Below, piece by piece: positions 46,284 to 56,525 of a DNA stretch of 59,133 bases. The translations under genes and the position numbers were made by a program. This DNA is from a virus (taxonomy: Duplodnaviria > Caudoviricetes), in IMG/VR virus record IMGVR_UViG_3300037336_000152, positions 1 to 59,133 of that record; one strand, given 5' to 3'. Below the pieces are notes generated by a model, which had not been told where the DNA came from, searched no databases, and worked only from the letters and a program-made list of their open reading frames with translations. How positions within the stretch are numbered: the stretch's first letter is position 1; each line of letters opens with the position of its first letter.

Positions 46284-47324
46284 TCATTTCAATTCCTCTG
46301 GTTTTTTAGTAGCGAGTGCTTCCACGATCTTTTCAGCGAGTGCGCCAGCGCCCAGATTGTGATTGCCATCGACTGAGCGGATTATGTTTGCGAGCCAATC
46401 AACATCAGGCACAGCCAAGCCGTCAGGAATACCCGGCTGCGATGCGATAGACTCAAATGTAAGCTCGCTACCAAGAGCTTGCATCGCAATACCTTGAATA
46501 TGCTGGATGATAGAGGTCGGGTCAATCTGCTCGCATCCAATCGGATCACCATCTGGTGAGATATGCTCGATGAAGAAGCCGTTTTCTCCATACGATGGGA
46601 TTTCGCGCAGAATCTTGCGCAACGCTTCCTCTGCCACCGGCTGCGCTTGCACTTGCGCGGCAGGGGTGCTCATTTCACCAACCCTCTGTGGCACAACATC
46701 AAACCAGTGCTCGATGATGTTGCACAAGCCCTGGTACTGCCAGCCGATCTTGCTGTCGCCGTGCTTGCGAATCACGGCTGCGCGAAACTCGTCTACAGAG
46801 CCACGGAAACAGCCGCGAGTAACTTCTACTCCTGTCTTGGTGCGATACGCCGTTAGTGTGTCGCTGTCAGAACCAACACACGAGTACCACTGAATGCTGG
46901 TGCGTGTTTCGACCCGCGCATCGCCGTAGACCTGTGCATCGCCGTAGACCTGTGCATCGCCGTAGACCTGTGCATCGCCGTAGACCTGTGCATTGCCGGA
47001 TACCTGCGCATTGCCGTAGACCAGTGCATTGCTGGATACCCACGCATCGCCGTAGACCCGTGCATTGCTGGATACCCACGCATTGCCGTAGACCAGTGCA
47101 TTGCCGTAGACCCGTGCATTGCCGTAGACCCGTGCATTGCCGTAGACCCGTGCATTGCCGTAGACCCACGCATTGCCCTCATGACTCAAGCATGTCTCAG
47201 ACTCTACATAACCCCCAAGCTCCCCCGCCGCAATTAAACTAAAATCCACGAGCGCCCGAATACGGTACAGCGTATGGCCTTCGAATTGTTTTGTGTCAGT
47301 CTGGATGAGTTCGTATTTTTTCAT
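46284..47324 (-). CDS. Hexapeptide-repeat (beta-helix) phage protein with extra C-terminal domain
   Basis: LYRIRAL.DF...GELGG.VE...L...GNAWV; 15 GNAxVY units; V.RGCF.G...EF. Confidence 0.85.
   Translation of the reverse strand: MKKYELIQTDTKQFEGHTLYRIRALVDFSLIAAGELGGYVESETCLSHEGNAWVYGNARVYGNARVYGNARVYGNALVYGNAWVSSNARVYGDAWVSSNALVYGNAQVSGNAQVYGDAQVYGDAQVYGDAQVYGDARVETRTSIQWYSCVGSDSDTLTAYRTKTGVEVTRGCFRGSVDEFRAAVIRKHGDSKIGWQYQGLCNIIEHWFDVVPQRVGEMSTPAAQVQAQPVAEEALRKILREIPSYGENGFFIEHISPDGDPIGCEQIDPTSIIQHIQGIAMQALGSELTFESIASQPGIPDGLAVPDVDWLANIIRSVDGNHNLGAGALAEKIVEALATKKPEELK
46908..47177 (-). repeat. 18-bp coding tandem repeat x15
   Basis: Consensus GGC AAT GCA CGG GTC TAC. Confidence 0.95.
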
Positions 47325-47872
47325 TTTGTGCTTTCGGCAGAGACAACTTGCGCAGTAGTGCCGGGCGCGGCTGGCAATGGCATCCAGTGGGTAACATTTC
47401 CGGTGTCGATCAAGTCGCAGAGGAACGTCGTGCAACGTGGGACCAGGTGCGAGATAACGACCCATGACTTCCCTGGGTAGCCAGGATGGGTAGGAGTTGC
47501 TACGGGGCCTGCAAACCTCGAAACCAATACAACTTCATCTGGCAGCGGCAACCGATCATCTACGCTGATCCATGCGCTCTGCTCGGAGGCTGCGCGAGTG
47601 AGCGCGGCGCAAGTAGCGTTAAGGCGATTGGCCGCATCGCGCCAAACTTGCTGATGCTCGTTAGCAGCCCATACCGCACCTTCGTGGCCGTGCAGCGCCA
47701 TGTAAAACTGCTCGCCAGTGATTGCGCGATCAGCGGCCTGCGCAGCCATCACGCGCTCGCCGTGGGCGGTGGCGTAGGCGTGCATGTCGTCTGCATCAAA
47801 CCAGCGTCCGTAGTCCTGAAAATCAGGCTCGGGAAGCGGCGCAAGATCTACGACTGGGGTGGCGGCGCTCAT
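47321..47872 (-). CDS. DUF551 domain protein
   Basis: WISVDDRLP...VLV...VTHWMPLP.AP. Confidence 0.85.
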   Translation of the reverse strand: MSAATPVVDLAPLPEPDFQDYGRWFDADDMHAYATAHGERVMAAQAADRAITGEQFYMALHGHEGAVWAANEHQQVWRDAANRLNATCAALTRAASEQSAWISVDDRLPLPDEVVLVSRFAGPVATPTHPGYPGKSWVVISHLVPRCTTFLCDLIDTGNVTHWMPLPAAPGTTAQVVSAESTK

Positions 47873-48102
47873 GCTGCACGCTCACATGTGGCGCTGATCA
47901 ACGTGTATCCGCTGCTGCGCTTGACCGATTCAACATCAACACGTTTATCTGCCTCGCACTGCTGTCGAGTGGTGGCCTGGTAGCGAATCTCGACAATATC
48001 GGCCTGTGGCGTTTTGAGGCGAATTACGAGTTCGTGCGCGACGGGAGCGGCGTGCGCGGCAGTGGCGAGGAAAAGCGAGGCGATCAGAATGATTTTGGCC
48101 AT
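47869..48102 (-). CDS. Small secreted protein (start uncertain)
   Basis: Signal peptide MAKIILIASLFLATAAHA; two Cys. Confidence 0.55.
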   Translation of the reverse strand: MAKIILIASLFLATAAHAAPVAHELVIRLKTPQADIVEIRYQATTRQQCEADKRVDVESVKRSSGYTLISATCERAA

Positions 48103-48371
48103 GATTGGATCCATGCGGTTCGGTTTGGAAACCGACGCACTAAAGTCCAATTTAGGGCGGCGGCCTGGCAGGATTGGACTACCGGAAACCGCATGCGCGA
48201 ACCGGCGAGCCGTGAGGCTCTCCCACCAGGCCGCCATAGGAGGGGCTGGAAATGAAAAAGCTACGACGTGAGCGTAGCTATATGCCACGCGGTTTATCAG
48301 GAGTCCAATCCTGGCCGCGTTTTTCTCCGCGGCAGAGAAATCATGCGCCTGGAATGCGTTATTGTCAAGAT

Positions 48372-48680
48372 TCATTTCGGCTGTTCCTGTAAAGTTATTT
48401 CGCTGCTGTCGATAGGCGCCGGACTGCCGGCCAGGTACACGGTCATCGCTACGCGGCCACCGGATGGTCCAACGTGGGCCGATTGAATATGGCAGGACTT
48501 GCCGCCGTGGATCACCGGCCTCGCGCAGTGCAGCGACTTGAGCATCAGCGCGTGATGCTTGTACGCGTCCGGGTCCAGTGGGGCGTAATCAATGGCGTGG
48601 GGTGTCATGGCATGGCGTCCATCGATCACCTGATCGCTGCCGTCGGCTCGAGCAATCCTACCTCGTTCTGCTTGGTTCAT
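48372..48680 (-). CDS. Hypothetical protein
   Basis: Operon position; CAGGA RBS. Confidence 0.5.
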   Translation of the reverse strand: MNQAERGRIARADGSDQVIDGRHAMTPHAIDYAPLDPDAYKHHALMLKSLHCARPVIHGGKSCHIQSAHVGPSGGRVAMTVYLAGSPAPIDSSEITLQEQPK

Positions 48681-48693
48681 TTTCCTGTCCTTG

Positions 48694-49191
48694 TCATGCG
48701 CGCTGCGGCGCTTCGTGAAACTCGACGCCCATACTGGCGCCGAATGCGTGTATCTGGTCCAGGTACTGCGCAAAACCCTTGATCGTCAGATCGGTGCTGC
48801 TGCCCACCAGGACCCGATCACCGGCTGGCGTGGAGTCCCATTTTTTGTAGCCTTCCTTGCACAGATCGAGGTCGAATTCCTCTGGTAGCAGCTCGGCCTT
48901 GAAGTATTCGTGCCAGATTTCGGCGCTGTACTGGCGCCCGTTCGCCCAGCACTGATCCGCAATATCCTTGAGCGGCCCAGCCCACATCAGCGCGTTCTGG
49001 TCTGGCTTGCGGGCCCTCACTTCCTCGCGCAACACGACTTCGATCGGCTTCTTTGCATCGAGCGGCAGGGTTGGCAGCAGGGCAATCAAGCGCTCGATCT
49101 GTTCGGCGCTGCGTAACAGAACCTTGCGCGTCACGAACTGCGGGCGCTTCAAGGCCCCGCTGGTAGCCTTGGCCAGGACGATATCTGTCAT
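48694..49191 (-). CDS. NinB/YbcN-family recombination protein
   Basis: R..DQNALMW...WH..FK...SSTDL....F..Y...I.AFGA..GV.F. Confidence 0.8.
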   Translation of the reverse strand: MTDIVLAKATSGALKRPQFVTRKVLLRSAEQIERLIALLPTLPLDAKKPIEVVLREEVRARKPDQNALMWAGPLKDIADQCWANGRQYSAEIWHEYFKAELLPEEFDLDLCKEGYKKWDSTPAGDRVLVGSSTDLTIKGFAQYLDQIHAFGASMGVEFHEAPQRA

Positions 49192-50456
49192 GGCGGCGTG
49201 GATTTGACCAGCGAGGCGAAATCGCAATCCACCAGGATCGAAAGCGCCTCTTCGTATTCGTACCCGTACTCGCTCATGACCATTGCGACGATGGATCCAG
49301 CATCAGGAGGCTGCAGCGTCGATACCTGGCAGGACTCAGGCGGCGGGAGGTCGTGCGCAATTAGATCGACAGCATCGGCCGGCGCCGAAGAATCGGGCGC
49401 AACTTCGGCAGCAACGAGCTTTTGCGCCTCATCAGATCGCGCCTGTGCTTCGGCAGCTATCCGCGCATCGAACTCGGCCTGCTGGCGCGCCAGCGCGTCC
49501 TGCTGCGCTTGAATGGCGGCAGCGGCCTTGTCATGCTCGGACTTGACTCGCAGCGCCTCAATGCGCGCCAGGCTGTCGCGCTCGGCTTGCTCGGCGCGCG
49601 CTTGTCGCTCCTGTTCGGCTGCGACTTCGGCAAGGCGCGATTGCTCTTGCTGGATTGCCAGGCGGGCGGCAGCGGTTTCCTGATCGGCTTTGACGCGCTC
49701 AGCGGCCAGGCGTTCGGACTCGATACGGATGCGCTCGGCCTCTTCGGCCATCTGGCGAGCCAGTTCGGCGCGCTCTGCTGCGATGCGTTCTTTTTCGGCT
49801 TCGATGGCGGCGGCGCGGTCGGCTTCGGCCTGTTCAGCGGCAACGGCGGCGGCGTGCATTTCGGACAATTTAGCGAGCGCGGCAGCTTGCGCGGCATTTG
49901 CTTCGTCTAAAAATTCCATGTAGTCACCGGACGGAGCGGGACCGGCGCTGTAGTGCTCAACAGCACTTGCCAGAAGTTCGGCGCTCGAGCCGGCGTAATT
50001 GGCAGGCGCCTGGACGATGGCTGCGATCATCGCCTTGATAGCATCGGTGCGCGCACGTTCCTGGGCGATCTTGGCCTGGCGCTCGGCTTCTATCTTGGCG
50101 TCCCATTCGTCGCGCAGGGCCAGAACTCGCGATTCCTCGGGCTCAATCAGGGCGACTAGCGCAGCCTCTTCCTTGATGACGGCCTTGCTGAATGCCGTTG
50201 CATCCTCGCGCGCCGCCTTGCCGGTCTTTTCGATAGCGACCCGGGTGGACTTGAGCACCATGCCAGCGGCATGCGCTTCGTGGCGACCGTCGGCGTTCGT
50301 CACGGTCAGGATGCCCGACGACTTCGTGACCAGTTCGACCAGTTGCTTGCGCGTCTCTGCGCTACTGAGGGCGACAGCGGCGCGTGCGGCTGGCGCGAGG
50401 GTGGTAATATCGGTGCTGGCGACTGCGGCCAGTTCGGGGGCGGTTGTCGTGTTCAT
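49188..50456 (-). CDS. Long coiled-coil protein (Gam/DUF1351-like position)
   Basis: R..IEK..KA....A......V......L...IEP.E; Ala/Glu-rich. Confidence 0.7.
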   Translation of the reverse strand: MNTTTAPELAAVASTDITTLAPAARAAVALSSAETRKQLVELVTKSSGILTVTNADGRHEAHAAGMVLKSTRVAIEKTGKAAREDATAFSKAVIKEEAALVALIEPEESRVLALRDEWDAKIEAERQAKIAQERARTDAIKAMIAAIVQAPANYAGSSAELLASAVEHYSAGPAPSGDYMEFLDEANAAQAAALAKLSEMHAAAVAAEQAEADRAAAIEAEKERIAAERAELARQMAEEAERIRIESERLAAERVKADQETAAARLAIQQEQSRLAEVAAEQERQARAEQAERDSLARIEALRVKSEHDKAAAAIQAQQDALARQQAEFDARIAAEAQARSDEAQKLVAAEVAPDSSAPADAVDLIAHDLPPPESCQVSTLQPPDAGSIVAMVMSEYGYEYEEALSILVDCDFASLVKSTPP

Positions 50457-51097
50457 GCGGCCTTTCCAATGCTCATAAAATCGTTGACCTTGACCTGCAC
50501 TTCTGCCAAGAATTGAAGAACCTGATCTTCCAGGCTGTCGATGTATTTCTGGTCGCGCGGAATGCGCTGGGTGTAGAGCTTCAAATGCTCGCCGCCCGAC
50601 TGTAGGCGCGGGTCGTAGCTGCAGAAATCGACCCAGTCCAGATCGAGAATCCAGATTTGCCCCTGCACCTGGGCTGTGTGATGCTCTGGCATGCCTTCTG
50701 CCCAGGTCTGCAAGTGAATCGCGCTGTTATGCGGACACTTGATCTCGACCGCGCCGCGCGGGCCGACACGGCCATCCGATGACGCGCCGATCCACTTGTG
50801 CACCGGGTGGCGCACAAAACCCACTTCGGTAACAATGTTGCCGGTCGCGAGCTCGTATTCGGCGCGAGCGTAGGGTTCGGCGTCCGTGCCCCAGTTCATT
50901 GCGAAGCTGCTTGCGCTGGCGACCGGCTCGGCGGTGATGCGCTCGACGACCAGTTTCATGAGGTAGTCGTCGCGAGCCTTGAGGGGCTTGCCAGTCTTGC
51001 CGATGGCAACAATGTCAGCGAAGCAGGATGCGGTTGCATGGCCTGCCCGGTCAGCGAGCCAGCCGGCGCTGCCTTGATCAGATTGACGCTCAAGCAT
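50453..51097 (-). CDS. YqaJ/lambda-exonuclease family
   Basis: QGS..W...R.G..TAS...WG...EP.AR..YE...GASSDG...EIKCP...QVQGQ. Confidence 0.92.
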   Translation of the reverse strand: MLERQSDQGSAGWLADRAGHATASCFADIVAIGKTGKPLKARDDYLMKLVVERITAEPVASASSFAMNWGTDAEPYARAEYELATGNIVTEVGFVRHPVHKWIGASSDGRVGPRGAVEIKCPHNSAIHLQTWAEGMPEHHTAQVQGQIWILDLDWVDFCSYDPRLQSGGEHLKLYTQRIPRDQKYIDSLEDQVLQFLAEVQVKVNDFMSIGKAA

Positions 51098-51863
51098 TTT
51101 CGGATCCTGCTGCGGCGGCGCGCTCTTTCAGTGCTGCCATCTCGGGCAGAATCTCGCGGCGAACGTCTTTTGCCAGGCCTTCCCACGCGGCTTGCAGCGC
51201 GTCTGTACCGGTGTCTGCAGCCGCACTCATATCCGCTAGCAGGCTTTCGCGCGCTTCGGGCGTCATGGCATCAGGCGCAGCGATTGCGGCCTGGGCGATC
51301 TGACCGGCATTCTGGCGCACTGGCTTGGCCGGCGTAATGTCGCGCGGCTCTACGTCCATCATTTCCTCGGCAATCGGCATGCCCCGGAGCACATCTGGAA
51401 ACACGTCGCGCAGGGCCCAAGACCGTGCGCGCATCTGCATCATGCGTTTCGGGTACTGCGTCCATGGGCCGGCTTTGCCCTGCAGGCCAGCCTTCTTGGC
51501 ATCCTCTGGCGTGAAGATGCGGACCTGCTCATCCTCGCCTCGGCGCTTGACGCGGCAGACTGCCTTGCCGTCGATTTCTTCTTCGATCACGTATTCGCAC
51601 AGCGGCGACGACCGCACCAGGCCGATCACCGCATCACCCCATAGCGAGGGGCGCCCGTTGATCACGGCGATGTTCTGCATGGCCTGCATGGGCTGCAAAC
51701 CGAGTTCCATGCCCCACTGGACGGCAACAAGAATGTTGCCGGGGTTGTTCTGAAAGTCCTTCGGGATGATGTTCGATTTTGCCATCATGTCGGCAAAGGA
51801 AATGGCCTGCGCCAAATCTTGCGGGGCCAGGCTGAAGCTCTTGCTTACGGTCATGTCGTTCAT
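51090..51863 (-). CDS. RecT/Red-beta-like single-strand annealing protein
   Basis: G.ELGL.PMQA.QNI.VINGRP...W..YPKRM...RA...ALRD.FPD. Confidence 0.88.
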   Translation of the reverse strand: MNDMTVSKSFSLAPQDLAQAISFADMMAKSNIIPKDFQNNPGNILVAVQWGMELGLQPMQAMQNIAVINGRPSLWGDAVIGLVRSSPLCEYVIEEEIDGKAVCRVKRRGEDEQVRIFTPEDAKKAGLQGKAGPWTQYPKRMMQMRARSWALRDVFPDVLRGMPIAEEMMDVEPRDITPAKPVRQNAGQIAQAAIAAPDAMTPEARESLLADMSAAADTGTDALQAAWEGLAKDVRREILPEMAALKERAAAAGSENA

Positions 51864-51995
51864 TTGATGCCTTTCTTGCGAGGACTCTGCCCGCTTTATG
51901 TGGGTGCTACAGGTTAAAATACTTCAAGCTCAAAACCAGCGCATCGCCGCGCCGAAAGCCCCAGCCGCGCCACTGGCGATACTTGCGAATCAGAT

Positions 51996-52244
51996 TCATT
52001 TCCGAATCTCGTCAAACGCGACCATCGCCCGAGCCTGCGCATCCAGCCGCTCGAATTTATTGGCGACCTCGACCCGGCAGACTTCGGCGACCTGGCTGCA
52101 CGCAATCACACGAGCAGCATTTTTCGCAGCCTGCTCGTCGTCGTGCTGCATCAAGCCAGTGAGCGTAACGAGCACAAGCGCAGCGCAACCGCCGGCGCAA
52201 AATCCTGCGATCTTGCCGATGGCATCCTGCTCGCGGCGGGTCAT
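51996..52244 (-). CDS. Hypothetical membrane protein
   Basis: N-terminal TM; operon position. Confidence 0.5.
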   Translation of the reverse strand: MTRREQDAIGKIAGFCAGGCAALVLVTLTGLMQHDDEQAAKNAARVIACSQVAEVCRVEVANKFERLDAQARAMVAFDEIRK

Positions 52245-52347
52245 GACATCACCCAGACGAAAATGTCGGCCGCAGTCTCTGCGAGCGCAATAATCACTAG
52301 AATTGCTACAGCGTTGCGAGCCGGATGGGCGCTGGTGAATGGGTCAA

Positions 52348-53199
52348 TCATGCTGCGCTCGATGGTGAAAATGCATCGCGCATAGCGTCCAGCCACTCCT
52401 GAGACCATTGCAGAGCAAGCGCGGAAAACTGGCTAGTCTCTGGCGTATCGCCTCGACGGATGCCCAAGAAAAATCGCTCGGCTGGGCGTGAGCTATTTGG
52501 TTTGAGGCTCCCAAGATCGTTGACCGAAGCTTTGCGCGCCGTCGCGATTGTGCCAACCAGGCAGGAGCATTCGCCCGAGTAAGTCGAACCATCGACGCGT
52601 CCAGCTTTCAAGGCTTCGATCAGTGCCTGGACTTCATGCGGTGCCGATGAAAGAACAGCCCAAATGTCGTCACGGATCGGCAATAGCTCGGCATCGCGCA
52701 GATCGGCACCGCGCAGGTCGGCACCGCGCAGGTCGGTATTGCGCAGGTCGGCATCGCGCAGATCGGCACCGCGCAGGTCGGCACCGCGCAGGTCGGTATT
52801 GCGCAGGTCGGCATCGCTCAGGTCGGCACCGATCAGATCGGCACCGCTCAGGTCGGTATTGCGCAGGTCGGCACCGCTCAGGTCGGCATCGCGCAGGTCG
52901 GCACCGCTCAGGTTGGCACAGCTCAGATCGGCACCGCTCAGGTCGGCATCGCGCAGGTCGGCACCGCTCAGGTTGGCACAGCTCAGATCGGCACCGCTCA
53001 GGTCGGCATCGCGCAGGTCGGCACCGCTCAGGTCGGCACCGAGCAGATCGGCACCGCTCAGGTTGGCATCGCGCAGGTCGGCACCGCTCAGGTTGGCACC
53101 GCTCAGATCGGCACCGCTCAGGTTGGCCATGCTATTAGCCTCCGCGTCATGCGCAAACAGTGTTGCTCCGGTGTAGCGATGTTTGATTTCGATAATCAT
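52348..53199 (-). CDS. Pentapeptide-repeat protein
   Basis: 29 A(D/N)LxX units; C-terminal domain [16 protein letters not shown]. Confidence 0.92.
   Translation of the reverse strand: MIIEIKHRYTGATLFAHDAEANSMANLSGADLSGANLSGADLRDANLSGADLLGADLSGADLRDADLSGADLSCANLSGADLRDADLSGADLSCANLSGADLRDADLSGADLRNTDLSGADLIGADLSDADLRNTDLRGADLRGADLRDADLRNTDLRGADLRGADLRDAELLPIRDDIWAVLSSAPHEVQALIEALKAGRVDGSTYSGECSCLVGTIATARKASVNDLGSLKPNSSRPAERFFLGIRRGDTPETSQFSALALQWSQEWLDAMRDAFSPSSAA
52693..53127 (-). repeat. 15-bp coding tandem repeat x29 with 60-bp higher-order units
   Basis: Consensus GCC GAC CTG AGC GGT. Confidence 0.95.
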
Positions 53200-53207
53200 G
53201 TTCTCTC

Positions 53208-54224
53208 CTAGTTGTTGGATTCCACAAACTCACCAGCCGCGTCGAGCATGTACCAGGCGCCGGCCTTGATGCCGTTGTCGCCGACCTTGCTGGCGCGAAT
53301 GTGGATCAGTTCGTAGTTGTCATTGCGATACACGAGGATGATTGCCCCGCTTTCGCCGGCCATGGCGCGACCCATATAGCCAGAGGCCATGGCGACGGAA
53401 TCTCGCCCCGTGTTGCTGGCGGCGCTGCGGTCGCCCGTGTTGCTGGCGGCGCTGTAGTCGCCCGTGTTGCTGGCGGCGCTCTGGTCGCCCGTGTTGCTGG
53501 CGGCGCTGTGGTAGCCAGTGTTGCTGGCGGCGCTCTGGTAGCCAGTGTTGCTGGCGGCGCTGCGGTCGCCCGTGTTGCTGGCGGCGCTGCGGTAGCCAGT
53601 GTTGCTGGCGGCGCTGTAGTCGCCAGTGTTGCTGGCGGCGCTCTGGTAGCCAGTGTTGCTGGCGGCGCTGCGGTAGCCAGTGTTGCTGGCGGCGCTGTAG
53701 TCGCCAGTGTTGCTGGCGGCGCTGCGGTAGCCAGTGTTGCTGGCGGCGCTGTAGTCGCCAGTGTTGCTGGCGGCGCTCTGGTAGCCCGTGTTGCTGGCGG
53801 CGCTGCGGTAGCCAGTGTTGCTGGCGGCGCTGTAGTCGCCAGTGTTGCTGGCGGGGGATTCAGGGTCAACAGGCCCGCAACGGCTGATCGTGTATGCAAT
53901 AGCCGCTTTCACAAGGCCGGCAAAATTGATCTCAGCACTGACCGTCAGAGTTTGGCTTGCGACATTCGTGTCTTCGCCGTGGCGACTAAGTTGCCCGGAC
54001 TGCTCGACAGCGGCAAAATTGCTGCCAGCTGGTGGGTAGTAGTTGAAAATGTCGAGCGGATATTCGCAGGCATGAAAGCCGGATTTGCACGCATCCACAT
54101 CGCCATCGTGCGTGTACGTTTCGCCGACAGCGTATTGAAAATCGCGGCACTTCCAATGTTTGTCAAATCCCTTGTACGAAATTACCGTTTCCTCTGGCTT
54201 GCTTGCTGAAACCTTCTTGCTCAT
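53208..54224 (-). CDS. Phage protein with YKGF...GFHAC N-domain and 9-aa SAASNTGxx repeats
   Basis: YKGFD...CR.FQY..G...C..GFHACE.PLD.F.YY; C-terminal V...GIK...WY.L...GEF. Confidence 0.88.
   Translation of the reverse strand: MSKKVSASKPEETVISYKGFDKHWKCRDFQYAVGETYTHDGDVDACKSGFHACEYPLDIFNYYPPAGSNFAAVEQSGQLSRHGEDTNVASQTLTVSAEINFAGLVKAAIAYTISRCGPVDPESPASNTGDYSAASNTGYRSAASNTGYQSAASNTGDYSAASNTGYRSAASNTGDYSAASNTGYRSAASNTGYQSAASNTGDYSAASNTGYRSAASNTGDRSAASNTGYQSAASNTGYHSAASNTGDQSAASNTGDYSAASNTGDRSAASNTGRDSVAMASGYMGRAMAGESGAIILVYRNDNYELIHIRASKVGDNGIKAGAWYMLDAAGEFVESNN
53406..53852 (-). repeat. 27-bp coding tandem repeat x17
   Basis: AGC GCC GCC AGC AAC ACK GGC KAC NNS. Confidence 0.95.
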
Positions 54225-54348
54225 TGATTTCTCCTAGTTGTTTGGTGCCCGTCTTTCCAGGCTGTCAGGGCATGCTGATCCCTCAGGGCCAGTTATTTCG
54301 GCTGGCGTGCCTAGCTGCGCAATTAACGAGGCGCGGCGCTCGGTGAAT

Positions 54349-54729
54349 TCAAGGCGGCCGCAAGAACATGCGCGCAATTCCACGCTCCCACTCGGTCCAC
54401 TCGGCCCGCGCCTCCTGATCGGCCTCTAAATCACGCTCCACTTGTTCGATATCTTGCATCGCGCAAATTTCGGCCATGTCGTCAATGCAGGACTGGATCA
54501 GGTCGTGCTGAGTAGCCCCGGCCACGCCAGCGCCACAAGCGCGGTCAGTGCTGATCAGGTGCTCTGTCACGCCAGGCTTGCTAACCTTGAACGACCACGC
54601 ATCTGCAAGCTCGCTAAGTGTCTCGGCATCGCCGGCAGCGGCCAGATCGCTGATGCGCTTGGCGTGCTCGCGGGCGGCAGATGCGATTGCCATGTCGCGC
54701 AGGTCGTCGGCGTCGGCGCGGGCGTTCAT
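54349..54729 (-). CDS. Hypothetical protein (early left operon)
   Basis: Acidic ORF near the start of the pL transcript. Confidence 0.55.
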   Translation of the reverse strand: MNARADADDLRDMAIASAAREHAKRISDLAAAGDAETLSELADAWSFKVSKPGVTEHLISTDRACGAGVAGATQHDLIQSCIDDMAEICAMQDIEQVERDLEADQEARAEWTEWERGIARMFLRPP

Positions 54730-54859
54730 GCGGACACCGCGCCAACTTGGATCGCCGCACCAATGCCGCGTGCGGCGCAGAACGGCGCTTTGCGGGCCGG
54801 GCGTGCGGGGCGGGTCAATGTAAGCATGGTGTCCTCTGGTGCTGTGTGGCGATGAGGTA

Positions 54860-54900
54860 ACTATAGCAAATTGCTTTTCCATTTGCAACAGCAATTTGCT
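54860..54900 (-). promoter_or_regulatory. pL/OL with cassette-B operators
   Basis: Minus strand TTGCAA-N17-TATAGT with AGCAAATTGCT-type palindromes at 54865-54875 and 54890-54900; near copy of pR-B. Confidence 0.85.
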
Positions 54901-55268
54901 TTTATTTATGCTATGATTACCCATCGCAGGAATTTTTGGCGATCGCCTCGCACGCGTTATACGCTTAGAGTTGCAATGCAGTGCTGCGTGGTAATAGTCG
55001 GCAGTGGTTGTAAGAGATAAAAAAAGAAACACCGAAGGTGAAAAATATAGTCATCTTGCGAAGCAAGTGACGCCCCCGTGGCGAACGGGCCTCCACGGCG
55101 AGTGGGGTGTGATTGATTAGTTAAGGATGAGCCGTCGATTAAGCAACCAGCACATAGCTTTAGCTACTACGCGTGCGAATACCATAAATTCGATGCCTTG
55201 AATAGGCATATTGGAAGCGACTTTAAGATTTTAAAGTAATATAGGCGGGTGGCCATTCAGGCGAGCAA

Positions 55269-55291
55269 GAAAAAGCCCCGACTGGCGGGGC
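55269..55291 (-). terminator. Intrinsic terminator for leftward moron transcript
   Basis: Minus strand GCCCCG-CCAGT-CGGGGC-TTTTT. Confidence 0.7.
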
Positions 55292-55521
55292 GATGGGGAT
55301 GACAATGATGGACCAAGGCAAGCAAGGTGAAATAACATTTAAGGCAAGGGCTGCGGTTCAGATCGCAGGCCGCCGCTTCGATGGCTCGACCGAGTTGTAC
55401 CTATTGGCAACCACGGAATTGCCCGAGTTCTGGGTTGCCTTGGGGCGTCAAGGTAAGGCTGATCCGATCGGCTACCTTCACTATGTACAGGCTAAGAATG
55501 CTGGCAATGCCACTGGCGACG

Positions 55522-55998
55522 CTATTGAGAGGACGTTTGAATTGCGTGAAGTACTCTCGGCCAACTCTCCAGCCCCGCATCCAATAATTTCATTGTCAGG
55601 TATTTTATGGACTCGCCGCGCAGATCTCGAAGCTGATCGATCCATCCTTGCTTATCTTCAGGGCTTAGATCTGATCTGCTGATTCGCGCTTCGACCATCG
55701 ACTTGATTGTATCGTCGTGCAATTTGACCGTCAGCACGCCGAGGATGGCCGATAAGCCACCATCCTCGGCCAGCAGGTCCAGTCCATTAACCGTTATCCG
55801 CGCATAAAGGAAGTGTTTTGAGGTGCTGGCAACTGCGGATGAAATATCCCCGTCGATCAGTCCGTGCCCGTAGAGATAGTGCATATTCGGCGTGACTTCC
55901 GGGTTATCCTTTGCATGCTGCTGGACGTTGGCTTGCGCAGGATAGGCTTCGGCTAGCTCTTTGAGTAATTCGAGCTGCAGTGCTCGGTCAAGTTTCAT
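55522..55998 (-). CDS. Moron: winged-helix-like hypothetical protein
   Basis: LDRALQLELL..L...YP...N..YL..HGLI...ITVNG.D.LA.DGGLSAILGV.TVKLH.DTI. Confidence 0.75.
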   Translation of the reverse strand: MKLDRALQLELLKELAEAYPAQANVQQHAKDNPEVTPNMHYLYGHGLIDGDISSAVASTSKHFLYARITVNGLDLLAEDGGLSAILGVLTVKLHDDTIKSMVEARISRSDLSPEDKQGWIDQLRDLRGESIKYLTMKLLDAGLESWPRVLHAIQTSSQ

Positions 55999-56525
55999 AA
56001 TCGCTTTCGTAGTTGATGGACACACTCCGCTCGGCCTGCAAGCAAAAAGTGGAGCGCACTTAATTTTAACCAACAGAAGCCCCGAATGGTGGGGCGTGGA
56101 ATACCAGGCATGGGCGAAGAAGATCTGCGACTTGCGCGGCGCGGAAGGGCGTTAAGAAGCCTGCTCGGGCGGGCTGGTGTGGGAGTAAGCTGGTCTGGCG
56201 CTACTTACTTTGGTGGTGCCGTGGAGGCGGGTACAGTGATGATGACTCGGCGCGCGGCATTGCGGCGGCACTCGGCCCGTCAAAGCCAGGCGGTAAGGAT
56301 TTTTAGCGGCTTGTGAATGGCAAGGGTTGTCGAAACACCGTGGTGCGGAAGTGATTTAAAAAGTGATGCAACCCATTGAATTCAAATGGGATTACCTTGG
56401 TGCGGCTGTATGCGCGCGATCAGCAGGACGCCGATGGTTGGCGCCAGGTCGGCGCCAGGTCGGCGATATCAACAAGGGCGATGAGGATAGATCTGCCATT
56501 GAGGAGGCGGTGGCAGTGCGCACAT

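Noticed and set aside
53406-53852. CRISPR-like regular repeats (also 46908-47177 and 52693-53127)
   Set aside because: Units are contiguous multiples of 3 inside ORFs, with no unique spacers and no cas genes
52548-54209. Long plus-strand ORFs (RSAPLR, CCWRR, VAGGA repeats)
   Set aside because: Shadow frames of the minus-strand repeat genes
55293-55682. Plus-strand 129-aa ORF
   Set aside because: Overlaps a better-supported minus-strand gene; no motif recognised; left uncalled
56150-56250. Pseudogene remnant of a Pro-rich moron tail (minus strand VIITVPASTAPPK)
   Set aside because: Too short and low-complexity to support
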